64,000 nucleotides of DNA from Escherichia phage vB_EcoM_Schickermooser: sequence record NC_048196.1; one strand, given 5' to 3'. This document shows, piece by piece, positions 45,935-58,200 of this stretch (position 1 is its first letter; each line of letters begins with the position of its first letter). Below the pieces are notes generated by a model. That model made no database searches. It was given only the letters and a program-made list of their open reading frames with translations, and had not been told where the DNA came from. The translations under genes and the position numbers were made by a program.

Positions 45935-48810
45935 TGTCAAGAGTTAAGCACAATATTGACAACACGTTTCAGTTGATTGAAGGGTTGGTTCAGTTTTTGG
46001 AAAGAAATACTGGGCTTACCATAGATCCTACGGTTCAGCATTACATTATCAACCCACAAAACGTATTGGCGAACAACAGACACTTTATTAACTGGACAGC
46101 GCAGGAAGGGCAACCAAACGGTGACGCTACTACCGAAGGTCAATCTGTGCTTATCACTGGTTTTGCTTATGCATATTTGGCTACAGGGGATAAAAAATAT
46201 CTTGAATCTGCCGAGAAGTATTGGCAAGCCTATATAGATCACTTCTTCGGGGGCCAACCTATTCCTGATCCTCCGGCTAAGTATCGTCCCAACTGGATCA
46301 TCAATGGTAAAGAACCACGTTTAGCACATTACCCTCTCACAGATGATGGGTATCCTACGCACGGTGGGTTCAAAGGTAGCATGATGACTTGGATTAACGG
46401 AAGGACTGTTATTCCTAAAGGTGCACCGCATTGGGGAGAATACTTAGATAAAGCTTGGTTTGCTTTCAATGGTAATCTTGGTTGGAACTCCGTTAACGCA
46501 ACAGTTTATGCAACTAACCCAGATGGTTCAACTAACTGGAAAGAATATGGAGATCAGTGGGACGTTGAATGGATTATAGATCGTCTAGGACGTAAAGTTG
46601 ATTGGGATGGTAACATTTTATCTACAGGGCACAGCTTCGCAGAATATGGAACAGTGCAACTTAAAAATGCTTCTGTGAACGGTGATTATAAATTCAACTA
46701 CGCTACATGCAACCCTGTAGAACACGGTGGATATCTGCTTAAGCGTAATGAGATGTGGCATAACCGTCCTGTAAACGTTCCGGTAGAGTTAGGCTATCAA
46801 GATAATGCTTCCGATGCTGAAACGTGGTGGTGTGATGCAAACTACTTGATGTATCAGATCACAGGAGAGAGAAAATACTGGCTTTGCTGGCAATCTTCTT
46901 TATTGTTGTGTCAAGACTACTCAAACATCGATATGTTTGATAAATTCTTCCGTAGATCTACGACAGCAATAATTCCTTTTACAGATGGTATCTCGTATGA
47001 TTACTCATACCCATCTACAGCAATACCTAAATATTCTCGTGACGAATTAGGATATACAGTAATTCGCCAAGATGTTTCAGCACAAACAACTCTAGAACAA
47101 CAGGCAGTTTGGTTCAGAGTGGATCAGAATTCAAAACTGCGTATTGAGTTTCAAGGTGTAGATGATGCAGGGGAAGGTGTTCTTTTCCGTCCAGAGTTAG
47201 AATTAAGCAAGACTAAGAGTGAAACAGACACAGTGACATATCGTTGTGGCTTACCTCTTGGTGCAGCTAATATGACTAAGATGGATATACCTTTATCTAG
47301 TTTTATGCGCACCGAACCTCCTGGAGGTGGTGTATATATTATTGCTGAACCTAGAATCATTGTTGACTGGGGAAGCAATACTGTGATACAATATAAATAT
47401 GCAACTGGTATTGCTGGGACAAATAGTGATCAGATAGTTTCTGCTAATATGGATTCAGATGGTGGTTTTACTATTGGATTTTGGTTAACACCAACTAAAA
47501 CAGCCAATTTAAAATCTATTACCTATCGTTCATACGCAGATGATTTTAACATCACTATTACGGATTCCGCAGGTTGGAGATGGTGGGCCATGTTAGAAAA
47601 AACAAATTCTGCATGGGTTACTAAAGTTTTAAGTCCTGCTGATTTCAAATTAAGTACTTGGCAACCTAATCACAATGACACAGAGACAAAACCTTCGTCA
47701 ATAAACCTGACTGCTGTTGATCAGATCAACATTGCATTGGATTCTGAACCTGCAAATGGCTTGACAGGGGCAATCGACTTTTATTGCGTTAACGATATCC
47801 CATCTTTGTATTCTTCAGCCGCTGGTGATGATTACACAATGTATTTCAGGGTTACAGTTTCATCTGAAAATCCTTATACAGCAAAACTTGGAGATTGTAC
47901 AATACTGGACTACAAACTTGACAGTTTGAATTATACTCCAGGAATCATTCCATTTTCCAATATTAGTGATCCTAACACAGCATTATATGACGGTTGGCGT
48001 GGTATTCCTTACCCAGGTTATCAATACCCATCCTTATATTGTTTTAAAGGGAGAGATATTGACTGGGTTCGTATGAACAACAGTATAGACTTTTTATATG
48101 ATTCACAAATGTGGTTTTATAATAAGTTTGCCCCTGTGATGCCTGGGCCAATGGCACAAGCTTATGTTTGGGATCGTTGGGATGCTCATAAATACGGAAA
48201 CAAGAATGAGTTCACAATGTATCATTGGAACGATAAAGCTTGGGATGGTTATGAAGCACGAGCATTCTTCTGTGCATGTCATACAGTATACGAACTGAAA
48301 CAACGAGGAGCAGAAGTTCCTGCAAAACTTTTAACAGTTTGTAAAAACTGGATCAACTATCTGAAATGGTTCCAAGATAACAACGAAGGAAGAACACCAA
48401 CAATATTTTATCCCAATGGAGAAGTGGCTGCGCCTGTAGATGACTTTACAAGTCACATGTCTGCGCTCTTTATGGCGGGATGTGCTATAATGGGGATGGC
48501 TGGATATGATTCAGAAATTCCTAACATTAGAATAGTAGCAGACCGCTGTTTTGAACTTATTCAGGAAAACTATATTGTTCTTGGTCCTAATCACGTCATG
48601 AATGGTTGTTGGAGTGCCGCTCCTAGACCAGACAGTGATAACGGAGTCTTCTTTGGCTTCCACGCTGGAGAGTTGTTACGTGGTTTTGGGTTGTATGCTT
48701 TATACAAAAAACTTAATCCCCAAAATGCATTACCTGTTTTGGATTCGAGCAATATTCCTGCACTTACTGTTTTGACAATGGCAAACATTAGTGTGGACGT
48801 TACCGAGTAA
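45934..48810 (+). CDS. large baseplate/tail fibre protein (958 aa)
   Basis: Track ORF. Confidence 0.5.
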   Translation: MSRVKHNIDNTFQLIEGLVQFLERNTGLTIDPTVQHYIINPQNVLANNRHFINWTAQEGQPNGDATTEGQSVLITGFAYAYLATGDKKYLESAEKYWQAYIDHFFGGQPIPDPPAKYRPNWIINGKEPRLAHYPLTDDGYPTHGGFKGSMMTWINGRTVIPKGAPHWGEYLDKAWFAFNGNLGWNSVNATVYATNPDGSTNWKEYGDQWDVEWIIDRLGRKVDWDGNILSTGHSFAEYGTVQLKNASVNGDYKFNYATCNPVEHGGYLLKRNEMWHNRPVNVPVELGYQDNASDAETWWCDANYLMYQITGERKYWLCWQSSLLLCQDYSNIDMFDKFFRRSTTAIIPFTDGISYDYSYPSTAIPKYSRDELGYTVIRQDVSAQTTLEQQAVWFRVDQNSKLRIEFQGVDDAGEGVLFRPELELSKTKSETDTVTYRCGLPLGAANMTKMDIPLSSFMRTEPPGGGVYIIAEPRIIVDWGSNTVIQYKYATGIAGTNSDQIVSANMDSDGGFTIGFWLTPTKTANLKSITYRSYADDFNITITDSAGWRWWAMLEKTNSAWVTKVLSPADFKLSTWQPNHNDTETKPSSINLTAVDQINIALDSEPANGLTGAIDFYCVNDIPSLYSSAAGDDYTMYFRVTVSSENPYTAKLGDCTILDYKLDSLNYTPGIIPFSNISDPNTALYDGWRGIPYPGYQYPSLYCFKGRDIDWVRMNNSIDFLYDSQMWFYNKFAPVMPGPMAQAYVWDRWDAHKYGNKNEFTMYHWNDKAWDGYEARAFFCACHTVYELKQRGAEVPAKLLTVCKNWINYLKWFQDNNEGRTPTIFYPNGEVAAPVDDFTSHMSALFMAGCAIMGMAGYDSEIPNIRIVADRCFELIQENYIVLGPNHVMNGCWSAAPRPDSDNGVFFGFHAGELLRGFGLYALYKKLNPQNALPVLDSSNIPALTVLTMANISVDVTE

Positions 48811-48818
48811 GGGGTAAA

Positions 48819-50882
48819 ATGAAACAAGCTATATTTACTGTCACGCGAGACAAGAGAGTAAATGCGAGTTCATTTAACTACACGACTGTTGACGGAACAG
48901 CAGTCGCTGGTAGAGATTATATAGCAAAATCGGGAACACTTGTGTTCCCTGATGATGCTGATTCTGCTACCATTGTGGTTGAAGTATTTGAACGACCAAA
49001 GAACTCAATAGATCTTAACTTCTCCCTCCAAGTTTCAGGGATTAGTCAAAATAACATGATGGTTGAAACGACCATCAATTGTATTATAACTACTATCCAA
49101 GAAAACACTACTCCAATAACTTGGACTACAAAAGACGTTAAAATGTTCTCTCCTATGTATTGGACAATAGACTCTCAAGCAACGGAAAGTTGTTCTATTG
49201 TATCTCATGGAGACTCTTTTACTGCAAGATTTGTAAACAGAACAGCAGCAGGTTTGGCAGGGGTTATCTGGAGCACAGTTGACAAATATGATCACAAAGG
49301 AGTTGGGTATTTACCCCACACAGATTTAAGTTCAGAGAAACTTTGGTTTAAAATGGAAATTAGTCAAAACATGCCAGGTTTTAAAGAAGAACCTTTGGTG
49401 CCGACTTTGACTGTAACTCTCCTGGATAAAAGTGTTCATTATGTCAGTTTAGGATTCTACGCTTCAGATATTTCAGAAGATGGTAAAACAGCCACAATCA
49501 AGTTAGATTTTGGTAATATCTTTTCTGGCCCTAATAATGATATTCCTTTGGATATGAGTGCTGTAGATAATATTTTCTTCTCTTTGATTACAGCAAGGTA
49601 TGAAGAAATAGAAGAGATTGTACCTATTGCCAGTCAAGAGGCTTGGTTTACTTTCACTCTTCTTGAACCTACTTCTGGTTACAGTATGATGAAAGTCAGC
49701 AACCTTGTCCAGCCTGAACATGATATTCGCATGTGCACATCTTATGATGATATGTATAACCTGACTCCAGAGAGAGTTATTTATAATACGTATGCACTAG
49801 GTTATCGTGGAATGATTAACCATTACAACGGAATGTCTCACTATTATGAGTTCTCATGGAACGGAACATCTTGGGCTTTAAATAGATCTGTTTTCCTGAA
49901 TCCGGCTACAGAAGCTTGGCTTAACAGTTTCCATTCTATAGCTAATGAAAATGGCTACACAATAATGAACTCTTTGAGTTTTGAGTTGATGAGCACAGTT
50001 TGTCCTGTAGAATGGGTTCAACATGATTGGAACGATGCTCTTGCAGCAACAGGTTATGAGCCGCCTAGTTATGTGTTATCTCCAACAATTGATGAAGGTA
50101 TGGAATATTTGCAAAATGTTATTAACAAAATAGCATCTATTTCTCAAGCTAACAATATTCCAGTCGTCATTCAAATTGGTGAACCTTGGTGGTGGTATAA
50201 TACAGCAAGTAAAATGCCTTGTATATATGATTACACTACCAAACTAGCATTCAATACAGAAACAGGCTTATTTGCACAAGATGCAGGAACAATAGATAAT
50301 TATAAAACAGGAACACCGTTTGACGAATACTATGCATTTTTGTCTCGTAAACTAGGATTAAGAGTTACAAAGTTTGCAACAGACACTAGAGCAACTTATC
50401 CAGGAGCTAAAGTAACATTGCTTCCGTTCTTACCGTCAATTATTGGCAACGGTTTGATGGAGAAAGTTAACTTTCCGTCTGATTACTACATTCCTGAAGC
50501 TTTTGATTTTTACTGTTCAGAGTGTTACGACTGGCTTCTGGAAGGTAAAATGATGAAAGCATTTGATGCAATTACCATACCACATGAAAAATTAGGTTTT
50601 GAATATTCTGATATTCACTATCTTTCAGGTTTTGTTCCAGATGCTACTCTTGCACCTTTGTATGGCTTCGATCCTGAATCAAACTACCGCACGTATCTTT
50701 GGAAAATGATTATAGGTAATATAGTGTTGAACGCCAATAAGTTCAATGGACTTACACAATATATATGGGCCTATCCTCAAATAATGCACGATTCCATCAC
50801 GGTAGTTAATTCTCAATCCCAAGTTTTCTATATGGGTAACGTGCCTTTGAACGTTTATTTACAGGATACAGTATATGCCTAA
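48819..50882 (+). CDS. tail fibre or baseplate-associated protein (687 aa)
   Basis: Track ORF. Confidence 0.5.
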   Translation: MKQAIFTVTRDKRVNASSFNYTTVDGTAVAGRDYIAKSGTLVFPDDADSATIVVEVFERPKNSIDLNFSLQVSGISQNNMMVETTINCIITTIQENTTPITWTTKDVKMFSPMYWTIDSQATESCSIVSHGDSFTARFVNRTAAGLAGVIWSTVDKYDHKGVGYLPHTDLSSEKLWFKMEISQNMPGFKEEPLVPTLTVTLLDKSVHYVSLGFYASDISEDGKTATIKLDFGNIFSGPNNDIPLDMSAVDNIFFSLITARYEEIEEIVPIASQEAWFTFTLLEPTSGYSMMKVSNLVQPEHDIRMCTSYDDMYNLTPERVIYNTYALGYRGMINHYNGMSHYYEFSWNGTSWALNRSVFLNPATEAWLNSFHSIANENGYTIMNSLSFELMSTVCPVEWVQHDWNDALAATGYEPPSYVLSPTIDEGMEYLQNVINKIASISQANNIPVVIQIGEPWWWYNTASKMPCIYDYTTKLAFNTETGLFAQDAGTIDNYKTGTPFDEYYAFLSRKLGLRVTKFATDTRATYPGAKVTLLPFLPSIIGNGLMEKVNFPSDYYIPEAFDFYCSECYDWLLEGKMMKAFDAITIPHEKLGFEYSDIHYLSGFVPDATLAPLYGFDPESNYRTYLWKMIIGNIVLNANKFNGLTQYIWAYPQIMHDSITVVNSQSQVFYMGNVPLNVYLQDTVYA

Positions 50883-51135
50883 AGAAAGTGGTTTTAAAAA
50901 ATTTATTCGCGGAATGTTCTGCACTTACCCTGGCAACGGGGTAAGCTCTACAAAAGTCTGGAACGCTGTAGGCATGTCTGTTATGACAGGCATGTTTATC
51001 TTTTTAGGAATAGAAAAAGAAATTCCTGAATGGATGGGTTGGGCTTTTGTTTTCATGATAACTCCTTCTCGCCTCATGAAAAATCTTATTGATTTACGCT
51101 GGGGCAGATCACAATCTACCAAAGAGGATGACTAA
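50875..51135 (+). CDS. small membrane protein (86 aa)
   Basis: Two hydrophobic segments. Confidence 0.35.
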   Translation: MPKESGFKKFIRGMFCTYPGNGVSSTKVWNAVGMSVMTGMFIFLGIEKEIPEWMGWAFVFMITPSRLMKNLIDLRWGRSQSTKEDD

Positions 51136-52622
51136 TGGATGAATATGGTTTGACAGATGCGGGATTTGTAATCCCGACTTTTGACGATGTTCTAAACAAC
51201 TATATGACAGCAGTAAAAAACACATTTGGTGCAGATGCAGCCACTTCGGAAGATACTGTGATCGGACAACTGTTTAGAATAATTGCATACACAGATTACA
51301 CATTGTGGGAAGGTATGCAAGGTGTTTATAATACTCAAACACTGGATGGTGCAGAAGGTATTTATCTTGATGAAATCTTTTCTAAACGCGGTTTCTATCG
51401 AGCAGGGGCAGCAGCAAGTACAGGTTATGCCTATGTTAAGAGTAATAACAAAGCAGCTTGGACTTATGAGTTAGGCACGGATATTTACTTCAACTCTGAT
51501 AGTGATATGAACTACTATGTTAGCACACCAACTATGTTGAATGCTAAGATTGCAGCTTATCAAATCTCTCGTGCTAATGCAACTGCTACAGGTGTTCCAA
51601 ATATTACTTTTTATGCACAAAGTGCGGTGGATGGAGGACTAAACAGTAAAACACTTGCACCTGGTTCTTCTACATTTATAACCGATCTTGAAACTTTTAT
51701 CAAGGCGAATTTAACAGAAGCTGATCGTAGTCTTGTATTTTCTGATTCAGGTAACTTATCAATTGGTTTTACTTCTTTAACCAGTGATACTCCAGTGGGG
51801 CTGGTAACTCCTATTAAATTTTATGCTAGTGTTCCGGTTGGAACCAAGTGGAGTGAGATTCCGGTAGTTGCAGCAGAGAAAGGATACAATCCTGTTGGTG
51901 TGGAGTCTATTACAGGGATATCTTCTACCTTTACAGGTTATCTTGATAGTGGTAACTTCTATTCATTTTCCCCTGGTCGAGATGTTGAGACAGACGCAGA
52001 ATTCCGCTCTCGTTTCAATGACAACGTTGACGAAGCTAACGCAGGGACACGAGCAGCTATTGTGAAAGCTCTGCTACTTACAGATGGTGTTACTAAGGTG
52101 AAGATTTATGATAACCCTACATTACATGATCAAGAACATGCTCCAGCTATGACTTTCCAGACTATAGTTTATGGTGGCAGTGCAGAAGAAATTGCAAATG
52201 TTATCTATAAAACCAAACCAATCAACACTTTGACACACGGAACAACAAACATAACAGTTACAACAGAAGATGGAGGACAAGAAATTATTCGCTTCTCTCC
52301 TGGTGCTTCTGCTATGTATTCCGTAAAACTTGTTTATCAAACTGTCAACGGAACAACTTTAAGTGGAACAGAAAAACAAAACATCGTAGAAGCTTTACAA
52401 AACCTGCAAGCTTACTTTGAGTTAGGTTCTTCAGTAACGAACGATCAAATCAAAGGTGTTATTTATGCAGCACTTGCTTTTGGACGCTTGACTTCTCTTC
52501 GTGTTTATGTTAAACTTAATACTGAGGATGACAGTAAATATACAGAGAATAATATAGTTCCTGCTTATAATGTTGTCCCTTCTTTTGACCTTGATAACAT
52601 TTCTTACGAGTATGGAGTGTAA
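51135..52622 (+). CDS. baseplate J-like protein (495 aa)
   Basis: Size and position. Confidence 0.4.
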   Translation: MDEYGLTDAGFVIPTFDDVLNNYMTAVKNTFGADAATSEDTVIGQLFRIIAYTDYTLWEGMQGVYNTQTLDGAEGIYLDEIFSKRGFYRAGAAASTGYAYVKSNNKAAWTYELGTDIYFNSDSDMNYYVSTPTMLNAKIAAYQISRANATATGVPNITFYAQSAVDGGLNSKTLAPGSSTFITDLETFIKANLTEADRSLVFSDSGNLSIGFTSLTSDTPVGLVTPIKFYASVPVGTKWSEIPVVAAEKGYNPVGVESITGISSTFTGYLDSGNFYSFSPGRDVETDAEFRSRFNDNVDEANAGTRAAIVKALLLTDGVTKVKIYDNPTLHDQEHAPAMTFQTIVYGGSAEEIANVIYKTKPINTLTHGTTNITVTTEDGGQEIIRFSPGASAMYSVKLVYQTVNGTTLSGTEKQNIVEALQNLQAYFELGSSVTNDQIKGVIYAALAFGRLTSLRVYVKLNTEDDSKYTENNIVPAYNVVPSFDLDNISYEYGV

Positions 52623-52624
52623 AA

Positions 52625-53254
52625 ATGGCAGTGAGTGTTGACCATGTAACAACTTGGGCCAGTATCAATGAAGACGTTAAAAACCTTCTGATTGAAGATT
52701 TTAAATCTTCTCCTAACATTGTCAAGCTCCTCTACATCGTATCCAGTGAAAAGCAAAAGATAGATCAGGCAATGATCTATCTTGCTAAACACCGCTTGAT
52801 CTCCACAGCCACAGGCAAATACCTAGATATCTTAGGAGAAGAAATGGGGATCGAACGTAATGGCTCTGATGATGAAGAGTATAGAACAATATTAAAAATC
52901 AGGGCTTACCGCGTAGCCTCATCGGGGACTCGTGGTGACATAATTGATATCTTCGCCCGTTTCACAGGAACAGAGCGTGAAACGCTTAATACTTACGTAG
53001 GTTTGAATAAAACCTTTGATGTGTTTTTCTACAACCTGTGTCTTCAATCTGATCAAGCTTTAGAGCAGTTGCTAAGTGTTTTCCCTATTATTAGTAGCTA
53101 CCGTCTTGGAGCAAAAGCAGGATCAGCTTTTGGTTTTAGTTCTTATTATGCTACCAAACCGCCTCATGGTATTGGTGGTTTAGGTTCCCTGTACATGGAA
53201 TCTACTGGGGATGAAACAGGACGCATGTGTACGCTTCTCAAGCAAATAGATTAA
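52625..53254 (+). CDS. hypothetical baseplate protein (209 aa)
   Basis: Track ORF. Confidence 0.4.
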   Translation: MAVSVDHVTTWASINEDVKNLLIEDFKSSPNIVKLLYIVSSEKQKIDQAMIYLAKHRLISTATGKYLDILGEEMGIERNGSDDEEYRTILKIRAYRVASSGTRGDIIDIFARFTGTERETLNTYVGLNKTFDVFFYNLCLQSDQALEQLLSVFPIISSYRLGAKAGSAFGFSSYYATKPPHGIGGLGSLYMESTGDETGRMCTLLKQID

Positions 53255-53263
53255 GGAGTTTAA

Positions 53264-54325
53264 ATGGCGAAGCCAATATATTATCCTGACTGGGCTACAC
53301 AAACTGTAACGCTCCCAGGAACTTTAAACACAAACAAAATTAGACCTAAAGAAACCATCCGCACAGTTGGTATGGATTATGGTCAAATCATGACTTGCGA
53401 AGAAATGAACTGGATTCTTAATAATATCGGTTTATGGATTCGCTATTTGGTGGATGACTTTCTTCCAACTTTACCTAATACCTACTTGCCTTTAGTGGGA
53501 ACTAAGATTACAATGGCAGGTGATGCTACTGGTGAGGCTACTTGGAACGGTAACAAAGAAGTTACTTTATCTATCCAGGTTCAAGATAACAGTCATAATC
53601 ACTTGTCGGCAAACATTACGGATGCCACTAGTTCAACAGTAACACCAAACGTGTTGGTAAAACGTGATGCGGGTGGTGCTATTTATGGTGGTGATGTTTA
53701 TGTTAACGGTACTTCCACAACAGATCCTGCAACACTGTTCTTCAAAAACTTTGCAGGACAAACGAATGGTGAGATTTCTGCCGAGTATCAAAGCGGAGGT
53801 CAGCTTTACATCTACCGTAGAAATCCTAGCACAGGTAGTGTATCGGCAGGTGTTCGTTTATATGATGCAGGTTATGTTCTAATAGATAATCCAAGATCAA
53901 ACAGTGGACAAGACACTTCTAACGGAAATGCTTTAGTTCGTTTAGATTATCTGAACTCTCGTTTGACTTCCCTTCAGAACACATTGCAGACGAATATTAA
54001 CACTGTTCAAAACAACTTGAATAATGTTAACAACAACCTCTCTTCTCGTATAAACAATGTAGAAAGTAATCATCAAAGTCAGATTACAAATAACTACAAC
54101 TATGCTAACGGAACCTTTGTAAGAGATATTCGTTATACTAGCCAAGGTGTGTATTATCCACCAGGGAACGAGGTTTCTTGGACTTATATCTGTTCTTCTG
54201 GTTATGTTCTTTCTGGTATTATCGTACAGGAAACAGGACGTAGCTCTGCGGATAACATCGGTGGGGTTTACTTCAAACGCCTCCAGCGCAACGTTAACGG
54301 AAACTGGTACGATATTGGAGGCTAA
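53264..54325 (+). CDS. tail fibre protein (353 aa)
   Basis: Asn/Gln-rich coiled-coil segment NTLQTNINTVQNNLNNVNNNL. Confidence 0.45.
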   Translation: MAKPIYYPDWATQTVTLPGTLNTNKIRPKETIRTVGMDYGQIMTCEEMNWILNNIGLWIRYLVDDFLPTLPNTYLPLVGTKITMAGDATGEATWNGNKEVTLSIQVQDNSHNHLSANITDATSSTVTPNVLVKRDAGGAIYGGDVYVNGTSTTDPATLFFKNFAGQTNGEISAEYQSGGQLYIYRRNPSTGSVSAGVRLYDAGYVLIDNPRSNSGQDTSNGNALVRLDYLNSRLTSLQNTLQTNINTVQNNLNNVNNNLSSRINNVESNHQSQITNNYNYANGTFVRDIRYTSQGVYYPPGNEVSWTYICSSGYVLSGIIVQETGRSSADNIGGVYFKRLQRNVNGNWYDIGG

Positions 54326-54871
54326 ATGATATTTACAAACTTTAAAAAATATATTCCTGAAGACCCTGAACTAAAAGAATTGGTAGAAGCAGAGAACATT
54401 CTTTTTCTTCGTTGCGATCAAGGTTACGATTGGTATGATTTACGTAGCACAGAATTCAATAACGATAAAATGAAAGTCGTTTTTGATGATCAAAATCGTA
54501 TTGTGTTTTGGAATACTGATCCTACACTACTTTGCCCTGAAGATCTTTCTATAGCACAAGTAGACTTTAACATAGATACTTTTGAGGATATTAGGAACAA
54601 GGTTCTGGATTTAGAAACCTTAACTCTTAAGAATAAAGAGTATTCCCGTGAAGAGTTGATGACACAAGCTAGTGCAAAAATTCGCTCTTTACAAGAAACA
54701 GCGGTAGCACTTATAACACCTTTACAGTATGCTAAAGATTTAGAAATGGCTACTGAAGACGAATTAGCTTATCTTAAAAATCTTCAAGTTTATGTAGTTA
54801 AACTAAATCGTGTTCCGCTTCAAAAAGACTATCCTTACGCTATAGATTGGCCTACATTACCGACAGAATAA
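54326..54871 (+). CDS. possible tail fibre assembly protein (181 aa)
   Basis: Position after fibre gene. Confidence 0.35.
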   Translation: MIFTNFKKYIPEDPELKELVEAENILFLRCDQGYDWYDLRSTEFNNDKMKVVFDDQNRIVFWNTDPTLLCPEDLSIAQVDFNIDTFEDIRNKVLDLETLTLKNKEYSREELMTQASAKIRSLQETAVALITPLQYAKDLEMATEDELAYLKNLQVYVVKLNRVPLQKDYPYAIDWPTLPTE

Positions 54872-54880
54872 GGGATCACT

Positions 54881-55216
54881 ATGGAATTTCAAGAAGCATG
54901 GGGACTTGCAAAGGATGCAATAATCCCTTTAATCGGAGTCATCTGGTTCTTTTTCAAACAAAAAATGGATAAATTCGGCTCTGATCTTGAGGAAATGGAG
55001 GAGAAAAGTCGAGAGCTAGAGAAGAAGTTGGTCTTTGTTGAATCAACTTATGCAACTAAAGCCGAACTTACCCAGATGCTAAATCAAATTAACTCTACAT
55101 TAATGGCAAATAATAACACCCTTGAGCAAAAAATTGAAAAGATTATGGACCTCAAGAATGCGACTATCCAAATGATGCTAGATGACATAGTTAAACGTAC
55201 ACAGAATAAGGGGTAA
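54881..55216 (+). CDS. hypothetical coiled-coil protein (111 aa)
   Basis: Track ORF. Confidence 0.4.
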   Translation: MEFQEAWGLAKDAIIPLIGVIWFFFKQKMDKFGSDLEEMEEKSRELEKKLVFVESTYATKAELTQMLNQINSTLMANNNTLEQKIEKIMDLKNATIQMMLDDIVKRTQNKG

Positions 55217-55219
55217 TTA

Positions 55220-58200
55220 ATGGCAACATTCCCAACATATCCAGCAACGTCTCTCGAACAGGGCGTAGACCTGGTTATTTTCTCATCTAACCAACTCCAT
55301 GATGTTATTAATGGAAGTGCTACAGAGAGTATTGAAACAGAATCAGGGTTGATACCAACCCTGAGAAAAGCCCTTGTTGACAACTTTTTCTTTAAAAGCC
55401 CATTGGATTGGGCGCAAGGCACAAACGAAACAGTTTTTAACCAACTACGTTATTTTCAGAATGGGGTATTGAGCGGTTATTATTATGCTCCTAATGCTAC
55501 ATTGGTAAACCCAATCCCTATGCAAGGTACTCCAGTAGGAGATAACAACTGGGTATTGTGGGGATTGAAGACAGAACAATTGGCAACAGAAGTCACACCT
55601 TGGGTATATTCTGGTGCAACGGGTTATGAAACAGTAATTAGTCCTCCTTACATCTTTGATAGTGCTATTGTTACGATCAATGGTGTTATTCAGGTTCTGG
55701 GGGAAGCTTTCCGTATAGAAGATAGTAAGATCATCTTATCTGAACCTTTGGGACACGATCCTGCAACAGGACTGCCAAACAAACTTTTTGCTTATATTGG
55801 CAAAATCGTAGCTTCAGCAGATACAGATCCTAATCTAGAGAACCGTCTTGTTAGTTTAGAAACAAAAACGGAAGAACTAACAGAAAGTATGGATAAAGTC
55901 CCTCTGCAAACTATTGCTCGTAAGTATGGTTTGTTAGATGATGAGGTGGCTTACGCAACAGCAGGTCAATCGTTAACAGGGATTAAAGCTCTATATGATC
56001 CGGTAGCGCAGTCTTCCTACACATTACCTCCTAACATTACAGGCACTTTAACATCCCTGTCTGTTTCTGGAGTAATGACTTATTCTGGAGGATCTGTAGA
56101 CCTTTCTGCACTGGCTGTTGAGCGTGGACAGTTTGTTCATTTGCCTACAAGCTTTGGTAATAATGTAACTCTGACAGCTAAAAATCAGACGATTGGACGT
56201 GGCGCTGGTCGTTATCGTTGGGCTGGAAGTTTACCAAAAAGTATTTTGGCTTCTGATACATTGGAGACGAGCGGAGGATTAGGTCCAAATGCATGGGTTC
56301 TGACTAATACAGAAGGACTGTTAACCCCTCGTGGTGGAACATACAACGATTTATTCGATGTTGTCTACTTGTCCGAATTTGCTAACAATACAACTACCTA
56401 TACCACACCAGAAGCAGCTTTCCAGGCGGCACTGTTAGCAGCAAAAGCTTCGAAAAGCAAGATTCTCGATGCTTACGGTTGCGATATGACTTTCACGACA
56501 AGCTCTTTTGATATTCAAGGTATCACTTTGCGTGGGGGTGTGTTCCGTGGTCAACGCGACTATCGTGTGCAAAATGCTACGGTAGAAGGCACAACTTTCC
56601 GTAACTCTCGTGTTATGTATTGGGGTGGTGCTGTGCGCATGTTCGATTGTTTATGGGATGGTGCTCCTCGCGCAGGTCAAGTTGGTAGCTTGGTATTCCA
56701 AGGCAACCCAATATCAGGTACTTTTGAAATTGATAATTGTACTTTTAAAAACGGGTTATATGGCATTCTTCAACAAGGAACAGGGGAACCAGTAACACGT
56801 GGTGTCTTCCGTAACCTTACCTTCATGGACATGCAAGGTGATGCAATAGAACTGAACGTCATCAATAAACATTATGACGATGGTTGTGTGATTGAGAATA
56901 TTTACCTGTCTAATATCGATGGAACTAATGCTCCTATTCCTCTGTCGAACTGGGGTATCGGTATCGGTGTAGCTGGTAAAGGACCATATGGTTACGGAAT
57001 TCCTGATGATCAATATTGCAAGAATATTACAATTCGTAACGTTTTTGCAAAACGTTGCCGTCAGATTGTCCACGTAGAAGTTGGTCGTAATATTTCTATC
57101 GAAAACATTCATGGCGATCCAGATCAAACCGTATCTGTTGGGACAGGTTTGGCAACTGGCGCAGTTGTAATGTATGGAAGTAAAGATTTTACGATTGACG
57201 GTGTTTATGGAGAGCCTAAAACAGACGGTAGCACACTTGCAAGTAATATCCGTATGATTTATTTGGAGTGGGGAACTAACGCAGTTCTGGACGAAGAGGG
57301 TAATCCGGTAGTTCCGGCACAGGGTAGACCTTCAAACCCATGTTTTAACTATTCTGTTCGTAACATTCACACCAAAACTGGGCGTGTTTTTGCGGGAGTT
57401 TCCGCTGGGCCAGGTTATGAAAACAGAGTTAGCTTTGAAAATATTCGTTGCGCTGCATTGCAGTTGTTCGGTATAGCTTCTTGGCTTTCAATGTCTAACA
57501 TCACCTGTAATATCTTCGATTGTGTTGGTCAACCTGAATCTGGTCCAGGAACATTTTATGATGGATTCTTCCGTAGAGAAAAATCTGTTCTTGAAATGGT
57601 TAACGTAAACTGTTACCCAGATGGCAAGACGATGGTTACTGGTCGTCCACAGTGGAGCCGTTGCCGTTACTCGGATATTCATCGTGTCAACTGTAATGTT
57701 GAAGCTAATATGTATACCAATATCGCAGGTGGTATTGGAGCTATTGTAGGGACAACGGGCAAAGTTTATTACTTAGAGCCTAATCCTAGTCGAAACATTG
57801 ATGGAATGCATTTCCCAACAGGGAAAGAGTTTGACAAAGGTGATATGATAGTCAAAGCGGATAATACGTTCTTCCTTGTAACAACAAGTGGGGCATATAT
57901 TCCAGATATCCCAGCTTTCGGTATTCGAGCTACACAGGCAGGAGATACCTTCCTGACACAGAACTTGACTCCTAACGGGACAGCAACAAATGCTTCTTGG
58001 TTGTATCATTACCCTCTGTCAGCAGGGACACGTATCCGTATTCCTGGTGCTGGCGTAGGTGGAGCAGATTTGGACACAGTTATTACTCGTGCACCTTATC
58101 AAGATAATGATACGTGGACTAACCCAGTTAAAATAGACATTGCAGATCCAATTGTAACGCCTACAAGTGCTGGAGTTAGAATTAAAACCATACCTAATGA